Translations under genes and position numbers: made by a program
Assembly (NCBI GenBank): GCA_965240325.2
Contig: OZ251226.1
Location: 992,001-1,056,000 of the forward strand
Direction: 5' to 3'
Origin: Rebecca billardiae RCC1528
Taxonomy: Eukaryota; Protista; Haptophyta
DNA: 64,000 nt
Shown: positions 52,417 to 63,161 of the stretch, piece after piece
Layout: the number at the start of each line of letters is the position of its first letter
Numbering within the stretch: the stretch's first letter is position 1
The notes under the pieces: model-generated
Database searches by the model: none
What the model was told of the DNA's origin: nothing
What the model saw: only the letters and a program-made list of their open reading frames with translations

Positions 52417-55400
52417 TCAGGCAGTGAGCGCGTCCTCGCCAGCGCGGTCCTCATCTGCCTCCTTCTCCTCCTCCGCTTCTACTAGCCGCCTGTAATGGCT
52501 CGCCATGAAGAGGTCCCAGTCCTTGGTGCCGCGCAGGTGCGTCGCCCGCCCCGCCGCCTTCTGGCACGAGAGCCCCTCCCAGGCCACCAGCTTGCGCAGG
52601 TTGATGGCGGCGTCGACGATGTTCATGCCGAGGCCGCAGCGCTGCAGCTCTGGCAGCGTGAAGCGGCCCTGCTCAGCAGGCATGACCATGTCGTGCATCT
52701 CGTTGAACAGGTCGTCGAACTCGATCGCCTCTTCGCCGAGCTCGCCCATCCTGCGCCGCGGCATGCCGCGAGACGCGGCGGGGCGTGCGCGTGCGGCTGA
52801 GCTCACACGCGACCAGCCAGCCGCGCTGCCTCGGCTGTGCGCGCGCGTGGCGCTCGCTCGCAGCCCGCGACCGTGGGTGGCGGCAGTGCGCACACCTGAC
52901 AAAGGTCTCGTCATAGAAGTAGCGCACGTCATCGCGCCCGATCACGCCGTCGCCATCGACGTCCAGCACGGTGAACCAGTACCGCATCGACGAGGGCGAC
53001 ATCTTGTCCTGCGCACGCGCGCGGGGGCGGCACAGCGGCAGAGTGGGCGGCGCGACACCCGAGTGAGAGGGCCTCACTGGCTCGCGTGCGCTGCGCGCTG
53101 CTGCTCCAGGCGCGGGTGCAGGGTGGATGAGGGGCGGGTGAGTCCGCGCGCACACCTCCTCGGCGAGCAGGAATCGCACAAAGTCCGCGTAGCCCATGGT
53201 GATCTCCCTCGGCTGCTGCACGTCCGCCGAGACGGTGTCGGGGCTGCGCGCGCTCGCCCTGTCCTGACACTGGCCGAGCACGCGCTGCACCGCGCGCTGC
53301 GAGAGCGCATAGTTGTTATACCGCATCAGGTCGGCGGCGGTGAGCTGCGAGTCCTCGTCCTCGTCGAGCTCCCAGAACAGGCACCACGCGACGTAGAAGT
53401 CGTTGTAGCTGAAGAAGTCCGGCGCGAGGTTGATGTCCTGCTCCTCCTGCAGAGCATACAGAACTTCGGTCAGCTCGGACGCTCGCCAGCGCGACCATGG
53501 GATCGAGCGCTTGCCCACGCCGCCGACGGCGAAGAGGATGCGCGTGGTGACCGTCTGGACGTACGCCTCGCGGAACTCGTCGTGGTCAAGCAGGAACTTG
53601 AGCCCGGGATGCAGCTGCAGCACGCCGCGCACCATGAGCTCGATCTCGCGCGCGCCGAGCTCGCACGGCAGGCCGCGCGGCGCGGCAAGCTTGTCTGACA
53701 ACGCGGCGCCGTCGACCGCCGCAGCGTCGGCGTTTGCGCTCCTGCTATCGGGTGCGCCGCCGTCCGGCCTGCGCGGGCGGGAGCCGACGAGCGCGCTAAA
53801 GACGCGGCGCTTGTCGTCGCCGATCGCCCTGAAGCCGCCGAGGTGCGCCTCGAGCTGCTCGAACGAGACGGTGGCCTTTGCAGCGCGCGGCGTGCCCGCG
53901 CGGGCGGCGCTCTCAGCCGCGGCCGCGTCGCCGACGATGCGCTCGAAGACCGCGTGCGCGACGTACTTGGGCCACTCGAGGACGTCGCTGCAGATGCGCA
54001 CGAACTCCCAGTAGCCCACGCTCGCGGTACTCGCCGCCGAGCCCGCGCCCTCCTCAGACATCATCGGTGGGCTCTCGCCGAGCACACCGCTCGCGCGCCG
54101 ACTTCGTGTTGCGCTGAACGCGCCGAGAACGCGCCTGCGCAGCACCACGTCCGGCTGGTCGCCGATCATCGAGGATCGGCGGCGCACTCTGACGCGCGCG
54201 AGCGCGGCGGAGGGCGCCTTGGGCGACGGCAGCTCGGCCGGCTGCGCCTCCGCGCCATCCATCGCCGCGCCCTCCGCGTCGGTCAGCGCAAAGTCCGGAG
54301 GCGAGATTCCGGCCGCGTCCGGCGCGCCGTCGGCCGCGAGGTCCAGCGCCTCGCTCAGCGTGAAGAGCTCGCCAGCGATGGAGGACTCGGCGGCAGACGG
54401 CACGGCGAGCGAGATCGACGAGGTGCTCGACGCGCGCGACACGTACGGCGTCGACTCCGGTGATCTCCCCGGCGAGCCCGCGCCGCTGCCGCTGTCCGAC
54501 ACGCGCGCGCCGCCCGCAGCGCCAGCGCCCGCCACGGCGGTGCGCTCGGCTGGCGTGAGCGGTGAGCGTGACAAGAAGCGGCGGCGGAGCTCGTGCGCCG
54601 AGGTGATGAGCTCCGCCTTCATCGCGGCGAGCCGCTCCCGCCCCTCCCCCTCCGCGCCCGGCCCGTCCGGCGGCGTCGGCGGCTCCTGCCGCGGCTCGAC
54701 GCCCTCGGGCAGAAACAGAATGCCTCCGTCCGCGGGGCTCCACATGGTGCGCCGGCTGCTCTTGCGGCGCGAGAAGCGGCGGGGCGAGGCGAGCGACGCC
54801 CCGCTCACGCTCCAGCGCTGCGGGTGGTTGCGCGGGGCGCGCGGCAGCTTCGGCTTCGCGAACGGCGAGAAGGACGCGTCCGCCGGCAGCCCCACCGCCA
54901 CGTTCTGCATCGCGAGCGTCGTGAACGCCGAGGTCGACTCGAGCGCAAAGAACTCGGTCAGCAGGTCGAGCAGCTTCGCCTCCGTCGCGGGCCCGTAGGT
55001 GGGCGCCCGGCGCCTAGGCGAGGACGGGCTCAACGAGTTCTCGCGCCGCAGGCCCGGCACGGGCGCGAGCGGCTCGCTGCCAACCACGTCGGCGACGCTC
55101 AGCGGCGCACCGGGCTGGGGCACACGCAGGGAGGGCCGGCGGAACGTGCAGCGCAGTGAGCCCCGCGCGCCGACGCCGAGCGTCACGTCCTGCTCGACCA
55201 CGTCGATGGGCTCGATGCGCACCGAGGCGACCGTCACCTCGCGCTCGCCACGCCTGCCGACCAAGCGCAGCACAGCGGCGTTGACGTCGAGCGGCACCGG
55301 CAAGCGCAGGCGTTGCGGGCTCTCCCACGAGATGCTTCTATCGCGCACGGGGGCATGCTCGGAGGTGACAGAGCGAGCACCGAGCCTGAGCTCGACCCAC

Positions 55401-55462
55401 GCCTCCGTCACACCGGCCGGCAAGCCCGACGCCGAGTTGAGGTCGACGACGATCTCGTGCAT
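52417..55462 (-). CDS. PP2A regulatory subunit B'' (PR72/PPP2R3 family) with a long N-terminal extension, 3 exons
   Basis: HPGLKFL, Y..TV..RILF, FFSY..FYV..C.FWELD.D.D, YADFVRFLLAEEDK, YWF.VLDVDGDG, DWD.F...Y..LV..E. Exons 55462-53156, 53008-52896, 52750-52417; GT-AG introns of 147 and 145 nt. Confidence 0.88.
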
Positions 55463-55591
55463 GGCCCGTCGATCACGCCACTCACACCGTCGCCGCACCC
55501 ATCCTGCTCGCTTCCTTCCAGCTTGCGAAAACATTGAAGGTGGCCGCGCGCACCTCGGAATTTGAGCTCGTCGTCGTCACGCGTCGGCAAG

Positions 55592-56590
55592 ATGGCGGCC
55601 GAGCCAGGCACGGTGCGTATCTTGGACGGGGGCCTCTCCACGCAGCTCGAGCGGCACCACGGTGTCGACCTCTCAGCGAACCGCGAGATGTGGACGGCAG
55701 GGCTCCTTCTCACCCCGCGGGGCCGCGACGCGCTCGAGGCGGCCCACTGCGCTTTTGCGACCGCGGGCGCAGATCTGATACTGAGTGGGACCTACCAAGC
55801 GTCCCTCGCAAAGCTGCCGGCCGAGGCGCTGCGTGGCGGGGTGCGCGCTGCCGTGCGCGCGGCGAGGCGATCGACCGCGTTGCACGCCGGCCGTCGCCCT
55901 CCGGTCGAGGCCTGGATCTCCATGGGTCCGTACGGCGCGACTCTCGCCGATGGCTCAGAGTACAGTGGCAGCTACGAGGATTCGAGCGTGGGCGACGGCG
56001 GACTGCTCGGGTTCCACGAGCGTCGGCTGCATGCGCTGATCTCGAGCGCGTCGGAGGCCGATAACACGGCTGGCTACGGCGGGCTCGCCTTCGAGACGAT
56101 CCCCTCAGCTGGCGAGGCGCGAGCCATCGCTTCGCTGCTGTGCTCCGCTGCACACGGCGTGAGTCACACACCGAGCCTGCTCTCGCTGCAGTGCCGCGAC
56201 GGCGACCACCTCGCGGACGGTACGCCCGTGGGGCCGTTGGCTCGTGAGCTCTGCGACGTGCTCAGGGCGCGGGCGGCGCCGACGTACATCGGCGCGAACT
56301 GCATGGCGCCGACGATCGTCGACACCCTGCTGGAGCACCTGGTGCCAGCAGCGGCAGCCGGCGGCGGCGCGCTGCGCGGCATCTGCATTTACCCCAATGA
56401 CGGCGGGCACTGGGACGCCGAGGCCGGCGCGTGGGAAGGCGCACGCGGGCGTTCTTTCGCGCTCGACGGCTCGGCGGCGCGATGGCGCGCGCGTGTGTGC
56501 GATGCTGGGCTCGACTTCCTGATCGGCGGCTGCTGTGCCACAGACGAGTCGCTTGTTCGCGAGCTGCGTGGGACCCTGCTCACCTGCTGA
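55592..56590 (+). CDS. HMT: Homocysteine S-methyltransferase
   Basis: ILDGGLSTQLE, AGADLI...TYQAS, SMGPYGA.LADGSEY.G.Y, LAFETIP, GANC (Zn Cys), YPN.G, IGGCC (Zn Cys pair). Confidence 0.93.
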   Translation: MAAEPGTVRILDGGLSTQLERHHGVDLSANREMWTAGLLLTPRGRDALEAAHCAFATAGADLILSGTYQASLAKLPAEALRGGVRAAVRAARRSTALHAGRRPPVEAWISMGPYGATLADGSEYSGSYEDSSVGDGGLLGFHERRLHALISSASEADNTAGYGGLAFETIPSAGEARAIASLLCSAAHGVSHTPSLLSLQCRDGDHLADGTPVGPLARELCDVLRARAAPTYIGANCMAPTIVDTLLEHLVPAAAAGGGALRGICIYPNDGGHWDAEAGAWEGARGRSFALDGSAARWRARVCDAGLDFLIGGCCATDESLVRELRGTLLTC

Positions 56591-57055
56591 CGGGCTGATG
56601 CCTGAGGCGGAGCTCACTGTCGCTGAGTCTCGTGCAGTATATAGCATTCAGCAATGTATTATGAAGTGTGCTGCTGCTGATATATGTCTGATGATGATAT
56701 CCGCCGGGCGCCAGTCGTCGTCGTCATCGCTAAGAGGCAGAGCAGTGAACACTCATCGGCGGTCAAACACTGATCGATATATATATGCTCTGCTCTCTGA
56801 GTCGGCTACTTACTGTATCTGTTGGCGACGGCGCTGAGAGGTCAGAGGGTGCTCATCCGCGGAATCATCAGCCGACTACCGTTCAGCAGCCGTTATTGAT
56901 GCTGTTATAGTTCAGCGGCAACGGAAGTCGTCTCATTAGCTTCGACGAAGCAATAACCGTCGTCGTAGTTCTATTTATTTCGTACTACTCGTAAGCTATG
57001 CCTAGTGCCGAGACCTGTGACCAGTCCTGAGTCGTAGCTTAGTTATAACTAACTA

Positions 57056-57529
57056 GTGTGAGTGACCTGAGTCCGATTGTCGTCCGCCGTACACGTGTAC
57101 TGCAGACTTAGTGGCGGGATAAGAGCTCCGACCGTTACACTCCCAAGTGACACAATCTCCCGAAATCTCGAAATATGAACGATCTCCTCGGTTTATAACT
57201 ACTGTTTGAGTCCGATTAAGTTCGTTATTTCGGCCGGCTAAATTCCAGGGTGTAGAATCCGCCTGTGCCAATTTCAGACTGCCAAAACGTGATCTAGGCG
57301 GTGCCATTGTGGCGCAAATAGCGAGATCACCTTGGAGATCGTGTATCTCCCCTACTAATGTTGCCGAGATCGCGTCAAGATTGAGGTCGTATATCTCCAG
57401 TATGAGTGACATTTTTCGCAAAACTTGTCAGCGTGACCCCAGGCCATTTCGGGCGAATATTGATGATCCCGAAGTTTGAGAGCCTCATCTCAAGACGACA
57501 GAAAGTAGTTGGATTTTGGGCCATCACAC
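57056..57529. mobile_element. Possible degenerate MITE
   Basis: AT-richer ~475-bp block rich in GAGATC/GATCTC motifs, with weakly complementary ends (GTGTGAGTGACCTGAGTCCGATT versus reverse complement GTGTGATGGCCCAAAATCCAACT). No TSD seen. Confidence 0.3.
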
Positions 57530-58070
57530 ACCGCCCCACACTCCACGATACAGTGGGCGGCTCTTAGACCCCTCTAGGCTCTACGTAGTACTGCTGCTGA
57601 CTGGTAACACTACTAGTCGTGACGCGTCCGACTCGCCGTCGGGCGCGTCGCGGATCAGTTGAGATGGCAGATATCATCATCATCATGCATCATATATATA
57701 CGCCTCACGAGGCATGTAGTAGTCATACGACGCGACGAATCGCGAGTAGCACTGACGGAGCAGCAGTCGTCGTCTCATCGCCGCAGCGCCGATGACTCGG
57801 AGTCGGATGAGCGTGCGGACTCCCAGTCCCACTCCCAGGCCCAGGGCACGCGATCGATGTCCGACACGCCAACACGGCCCGACGTTACGTACGCTTGATG
57901 CTGCATCCTCGCTCGCGCTCCGCGAGCCCCGGCGTTATCAGTCATCAAAGATGACGATAATATATTGACCGGATGCGCTGAGACTGCGCTGCTGATGGTT
58001 CTCTGCCAACGATGATGCTGCCGCCGGCCCACCGAGTGCAGCAGCCAACATGCCAGACGAGCCAGCGCAG

Positions 58071-60212
58071 CTAGCGATTCCAACCGCCTCCGCCGCGCCC
58101 GCCACCGCGCCCGCCGCCGCGTCCGCCGCCGCGCCCACCGCCCGGCGAGAAGCCACGCCCACCGCCGCGCCCACCGCCGCGGCCCGGGCTGCCGCCTCCG
58201 CGGCCGCCGTAGCCGCCGCCGCCGCCGTAGCCGCCGCCGCCGCCGTAGCCGCCACCGCCGCCGCGGCCGCCGCCTCGGCCGCCGCCGCCGCCGCCGCCGC
58301 CAAAGTCCTTCTCCTTGAGCGCGGGCAGCTTGTCGTCGCACTCGAAGAGCCAGTCCGCCTTGGCCAGCGTCGGCTTGAGCATGCCGAGCATGTCCTCCTT
58401 GACGTCAAAGACGGCGCCGCGGCCGTCGGCCGTGAGCTGGAGGCCTCGCACGTTCTCCGTGCCCTCGCACGAGCCCTCGGGCAGCACGCGGCGCAGCGCG
58501 CCCCAGACGTAGCCCGTGCTGGGCACCTCCTTGTTCATGCGCGCGAGCAGCGTGACGTACCCGTCGCTGTTCGAGAGCAGCGAGCGCTGCGGCGGCGGCT
58601 CCGTCGTGCCCGTCGCGACGGCGAGCGCAGCCGCGAGCGCCGCGCTCGCGTCGCCGCCCTTGGCCTCGAGCAGCCGGGCGGCGGCGTCGCCGAAGTAGCC
58701 GAGGACGTCGTCGGCGACGGCGGTCGCGTCGGTGACGGCGGTGTCCGCGGCGGTCCTGAGCAGCGTCTTCGGGTTCGGCGCGCCGAGCCACTCGAACTCG
58801 TTCTTCGTCGCGCGCTCGATCGCCTGCAGCGTCGGCCGGTCGCGAGGGCCGAAAAGAGTCACGCACACGCCCTTGCGGCCGGCGCGGCCGGTGCGGCCCG
58901 AGCGGTGGACGTACGTCTCGACCTCGGGCTTGCCGGACATCTTGCGCACGGGCGGCTTGTTCTGCACGACGAGGTCGATCTTCACGTCCAGACCGCGCGC
59001 CGCCACGTCCGTCGCGATCAGCACGCGCACCCTGCCGTCGCGGAACGCCGCCATCGTCTTCTCGCGCGTCGCCTGCGGAATGTCCCCGTGCAGCGGCTTG
59101 GCTTCGAACTTGAGCGCGTCCGCGGTGAGCAGGTCGTCGCACTCGGCCTTGGTCTCGCAGAAGACGATGGCGCGCGAGGAGTGCCCGGCGTACATCGTGA
59201 TCACGTCGTTGATCGTGCTCGCACGCGACGACCAGTGCGACGGGATCGCAATGTGCCGCACATCCGTCGACGCCTTCACGTCCTTGTCGCCGACGAGGTC
59301 GACAATCTTCGGGTCGGGCCGCATGTACTTGGGCGCGACCTCGCGCACCCACGCGGGCATGGTGGCGGAGAACAGGCATGTCTGGCGCTCCGCGTGCGTG
59401 CACTCGCCCAGGATCGCCGTCATGTCGTCCGCGAACCCCATGTCGAGCATCTGGTCGGCCTCGTCGAGCGTCGCAAAGCGCACGGCCGTCAGGCCGAGCG
59501 TGCCGCGCTCCGAATGGTCCTTGATGCGCCCGGGCGTGCCGACGAGCACGTCGATGCCGGCGCGCAGCGCGGAGACCTGCGGGCCCATCGGCGCGCCGCC
59601 GTACACGCACAGCACGACCAGGCTCGGCGCCACCTGCTCCACCTCGCGCCCGACCTGCTGCGCGAGCTCGCGCGTCGGAGCCATCACGAGAGCAAGCGGC
59701 ATGCGCGCGCGCCCGCGTGCGCCGGGCTCGGCCTTCTTGATGGCGAGCAGGCGCTCGACCATGGGCAGCGCAAACGCGAGCGTCTTCCCCATCCCCGTGC
59801 GCGCGCGGCCGATCAGGTCGCGCCCGTCGAAGATCATGTCGAAGGTCGCCGCCTGGATCGGGAACAGCGCCTCGACCTGCCGCGCGTGCAGCGCAGCGAC
59901 CGTCTCTGCGCTGAGCCTGAAGTTGGAGAGGGCGAGGGTCGGGTCGCCGCGCGCATCGTCGGCAAGGTCACCGCGCAGCTCCGCGTCCTTGTCCTTGGAA
60001 GCACGCCGCGTGAGCATGCGCGAGCCGGCACCCGCGTGCGCGTCGTCGCCCGCAGCGGCCGCGGCTGTCCCGTCGGCACCCTTGACCTTCTTGGCGGCCG
60101 GAGCGTCAGTGCCGTCATCGCTCTTGCGCTTCTTCTTCTTCTCGACCGCGTCGCCCTTCCCCGCCTTCTTCTCCGCCTTCCTCTTCGCCTTGGCCTCCTC
60201 GTCCGTCGTCAT
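58071..60212 (-). CDS. DDX21: DEAD-box RNA helicase, DDX21/DDX50/RH7 family (GUCT domain, RGG tail)
   Basis: LFPIQ, ARTGMGKT, PTRELA, GTPGRIKD, DEAD, FSAT, LHGDIPQ..RE, ATDVAARGLD, YVHRSGRTGRAG. RSLL...GYVT and AVFDV mark the GUCT region; Lys-rich N-terminus; Gly/Arg-rich C-terminus. Confidence 0.93.
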   Translation of the reverse strand: MTTDEEAKAKRKAEKKAGKGDAVEKKKKRKSDDGTDAPAAKKVKGADGTAAAAAGDDAHAGAGSRMLTRRASKDKDAELRGDLADDARGDPTLALSNFRLSAETVAALHARQVEALFPIQAATFDMIFDGRDLIGRARTGMGKTLAFALPMVERLLAIKKAEPGARGRARMPLALVMAPTRELAQQVGREVEQVAPSLVVLCVYGGAPMGPQVSALRAGIDVLVGTPGRIKDHSERGTLGLTAVRFATLDEADQMLDMGFADDMTAILGECTHAERQTCLFSATMPAWVREVAPKYMRPDPKIVDLVGDKDVKASTDVRHIAIPSHWSSRASTINDVITMYAGHSSRAIVFCETKAECDDLLTADALKFEAKPLHGDIPQATREKTMAAFRDGRVRVLIATDVAARGLDVKIDLVVQNKPPVRKMSGKPEVETYVHRSGRTGRAGRKGVCVTLFGPRDRPTLQAIERATKNEFEWLGAPNPKTLLRTAADTAVTDATAVADDVLGYFGDAAARLLEAKGGDASAALAAALAVATGTTEPPPQRSLLSNSDGYVTLLARMNKEVPSTGYVWGALRRVLPEGSCEGTENVRGLQLTADGRGAVFDVKEDMLGMLKPTLAKADWLFECDDKLPALKEKDFGGGGGGGGRGGGRGGGGGYGGGGGYGGGGGYGGRGGGSPGRGGGRGGGRGFSPGGGRGGGRGGGRGGGRGGGGWNR

Positions 60213-60444
60213 CGCAGCGGAGCGGCGACGAGGCGGAGACGTCGCCGGGCGGCCCTGGGCACAAGCCTGCCTTCTCAGCACTGGATTCCAGGAGGTCCGG
60301 GAGAGCCAAGCAGGCTGCCCGGACTGCTCACGACCCCCGACGGCGAGGGCCGAGGCAAGCCGCGTCGGGCGACTGCTGAACTCGGAAGTCGGAACAGCTT
60401 TTCGACTGCCAGCACGACCCCGACGGGCTCGTCGGAGGCAGGCA

Positions 60445-61572
60445 ATGGCCGAGCGCGGCGCCTCACGCGCCGCTCGCCGGGGCGACGGAGACGAGCCCTA
60501 CGCACTCTCCGGACGCCTTTCGCGCACCCACCTCGACGACGACGTCGAGAGCATCCGTCGCGCATCGAGTGGGCACATGTATGAGATGCCAGACCAGCCG
60601 GGCGGGCGCGGGCTGAGCTCCTATGAGCGCGGCGGTGCCGGTGCCGGGAGTGCGCCTTCGACCCCTGTCGGTCGCTGGGCTGCCGCCACCGCGAGCGTCC
60701 GGCGTGGCGAGTACAGCGATGAGCGCGACGACCGGGCTGGCGCGCGCGACGAATACGACGATGATGACGCGCCGAATGATGATGATGACTACGGCTACGA
60801 CGAGCGGTACGACGAGCGCGCCGTCAGGGGTGGGTCCGGCTACGCAGCTGCCCAGCGCGGCGCTTCGAGCCGTGACGATCGCCGCGCGCCCGGCCAGGCG
60901 CCCAGCCTTGGCGTTGTCCAGCCGCCGAGCACGCGCAACTCATGGGCGGCGCGCGCAGACGCTTACTACGGGCTTGGCGTCGATCTCGACGCCAGTGGCG
61001 AGTACGCGGAGGATATCCCGGCCACGGCGCGCTCGGATCGATCGCAGGGCCGCCTCCCCGCGCCAGCAGCTCGGCCTGGCAGCGCCGGCACGCGCACACG
61101 CACGCCTGAGCCACTGGCGCGACAGCCGGCGGCGGCAGCGGCAAAATCGGCCGCTGAGGCGCGGCGGGGCCGCCTGTCGTACGAGGCTGGTGGCGGCGGC
61201 CAGACGGGCGTGCCGCGCGCGTCAGCATACGACGACGGGGCTCCCGCCGACGGCCAATGGGCTCCCCCGTATGGCGGCGCGCACGGGCAAGACGGCCCCG
61301 CAGGTGCCAGCCGCGCAGCGAGGCACAGGACAGGCGAGCGCGATGCCGTGCGACCGCGCCCTCGCGGGGACGCGTACGCTGCGGACCCGGCGCCGTACGC
61401 CTCGGCGCCGCCCGTCCCCTTCCCGAACAAGCGCGACCTGTACGAGTACATCCGCGAGCTCGCGACGGCACAGGCGGCCGTGCGCGAGGACAGCGATCCG
61501 GGCGGGCTCGCTCGATTGCGCGAGCTCCCCAAGCCTGGCCGCGCCGCTCTGGGCCTGGGGCGCGCGGCTTGA
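60445..61572 (+). CDS. Hypothetical low-complexity protein
   Basis: ATG-initiated 375-aa part of ORF 58732-61572 that lies beyond the helicase antisense region. Asp/Tyr/Arg-rich, with a short ordered C-terminal segment (PFPNKRDLYEYIRELA). Confidence 0.55.
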   Translation: MAERGASRAARRGDGDEPYALSGRLSRTHLDDDVESIRRASSGHMYEMPDQPGGRGLSSYERGGAGAGSAPSTPVGRWAAATASVRRGEYSDERDDRAGARDEYDDDDAPNDDDDYGYDERYDERAVRGGSGYAAAQRGASSRDDRRAPGQAPSLGVVQPPSTRNSWAARADAYYGLGVDLDASGEYAEDIPATARSDRSQGRLPAPAARPGSAGTRTRTPEPLARQPAAAAAKSAAEARRGRLSYEAGGGGQTGVPRASAYDDGAPADGQWAPPYGGAHGQDGPAGASRAARHRTGERDAVRPRPRGDAYAADPAPYASAPPVPFPNKRDLYEYIRELATAQAAVREDSDPGGLARLRELPKPGRAALGLGRAA

Positions 61573-62001
61573 CCTGGACAGACCGCACTGCGCGGTGCGC
61601 AAGTGTCGGCTTGTTGGAACTTGTAGTCTCAAAGTCGTTTCTTTGTTCAGTCATCAGTCAGATTCGGAGGCACGAGCATATGTGTACAGCTCAGGGCTCA
61701 GGCAGCTGGCAGCCTCCAACTGACTCTCTGTCTCTGACTCTCTGATGCAGATTGCAGCGATGCACGACGAACTGGTGACGCGAAGATTTCAGAAATCAGA
61801 ATTCAGCAGATGAATCCTTGCGCGGCTCGAATGGATTCTGAGTTTGGTTGCACGAATGCAAGCCACACGACCGCGGTTTGGGGCACGCCCAGTGCTGGCC
61901 GCAAACTGAAAACGGACTGGCCGGCGGCCGCCGCCGGCATCTCTTGGCCGTCCAGCCAGTCCCCACCCGTCGCACGCTCCCCGACGCCTGCTGCCTGCAC
62001 C

Positions 62002-62421
62002 ATGGCCCGCGGTGTTCTCGCCGCTATCTGCTGCCTTGCTGCCGTGCTTGAAGCGGCCAGCTTTGTGCCAACCTCGCGCCACGTGCCGCTCACCAACAGG
62101 TTGACCTCGTCGAAGCGTTCACCAAGGATGCGCACGTGGGAAGACGACGAGGATGACATCTCCAGCAACATGCCGCTCGACGGCCCACTCGCGGAGCTAG
62201 ACGGCACGGACACATACAGTCGTACGGGCGTCGAGAAGGACGTGCACGCAAAAGAGACCAGCTCGATGCGCTCCATCGCAAAAAGTATCAGCTCAGCGTG
62301 GACGAACATTCTGATCGTCCTTCCTGTTCTCCTTCTCTTCGACGAGAAGTTCCACTTCTTGCCGCGCGACTTCCTTTCGAGCGGCGCAGGCGTAGCCAAC
62401 CCTCATGATTTCTTTCTTTGA
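62002..62421 (+). CDS. Small hypothetical protein with a bipartite (signal + transit peptide) plastid-type presequence and a C-terminal hydrophobic helix
   Basis: MARGVLAAICCLAAVLEAAS|FVPTSRHVPLTNRLTSSKRSPRMR: hydrophobic signal, Phe at +1, then a basic Ser/Thr-rich stretch, an acidic mature start and a TM-like NILIVLPVLLLF. Confidence 0.65.
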   Translation: MARGVLAAICCLAAVLEAASFVPTSRHVPLTNRLTSSKRSPRMRTWEDDEDDISSNMPLDGPLAELDGTDTYSRTGVEKDVHAKETSSMRSIAKSISSAWTNILIVLPVLLLFDEKFHFLPRDFLSSGAGVANPHDFFL

Positions 62422-63059
62422 CGGCAACTCGAGATCACAATCATTCTCGTGAGCGCGAGCATGGCTCTGACGATCGCATGGGCCGAGCATCGCGGTATCC
62501 TACTCTAGTGTCGACACTCATTCCGCCGACTCAGCTAACTTCTGTAAAACGACCGGGCTGTTAGCGGTGACATTAGATTCGTTTGGACCTGGCTGACAGC
62601 CTGGGCCGTCGGCGGACTACCGATTCGGCTCAGATACAGTAAGTTCATCTCAGTATTATAAATGACAGTGGGACCGACTAGCAGGGCGTCATTACATGTC
62701 CGCGATCAGCTTATATATAATAATTCTGAACTCCAGGCCCGTACTAATTCTATGATTTAAAGACACAGGCACGAGGGCGCAGCTCTCCTGATTCGTCTGT
62801 CGAAGTACTGATTGGAGACAGAGGGTGTGAGCGCGTTGGCCGCGGGTGAGGACCTAGTCGTCGCCGATGCCGGATCACACGGAGGCAGTAGGTGCCCAGG
62901 GATGCCACTGAAGTATTTGCAGTCGTCGCCAGCCCTTGGTCATCATGTACTTGTACGCGTCGACGTTCCGAGGCCGTGTTCGAGTTGCGGATGCAGTGGT
63001 GCAGATAGTGGATGGGGTCGCCCTGGCCGGTGTGCGCGGCCTTGGTCTTGCCGAGTTGC

Positions 63060-63161
63060 GGAAGTAGTCGCCCTTGCCGTTGAGGAAGTCGTCGCCCTGG
63101 CCGTTGACGAGGAAGTCGTCGCCCTGGCCGTTGAGGAAGTCGTCGCCCTGGCCGCTGAGGA
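63060..63161. repeat. 24-bp minisatellite, 4 units
   Basis: Unit GGAAGTCGTCGCCCTGGCCGTTGA; one unit has a 3-nt insertion. Confidence 0.9.

Noticed and set aside
58050-60584. 844-aa plus-strand ORF and the first ~570 aa of ORF 58732-61572
   Set aside because: Antisense to the DEAD-box helicase.
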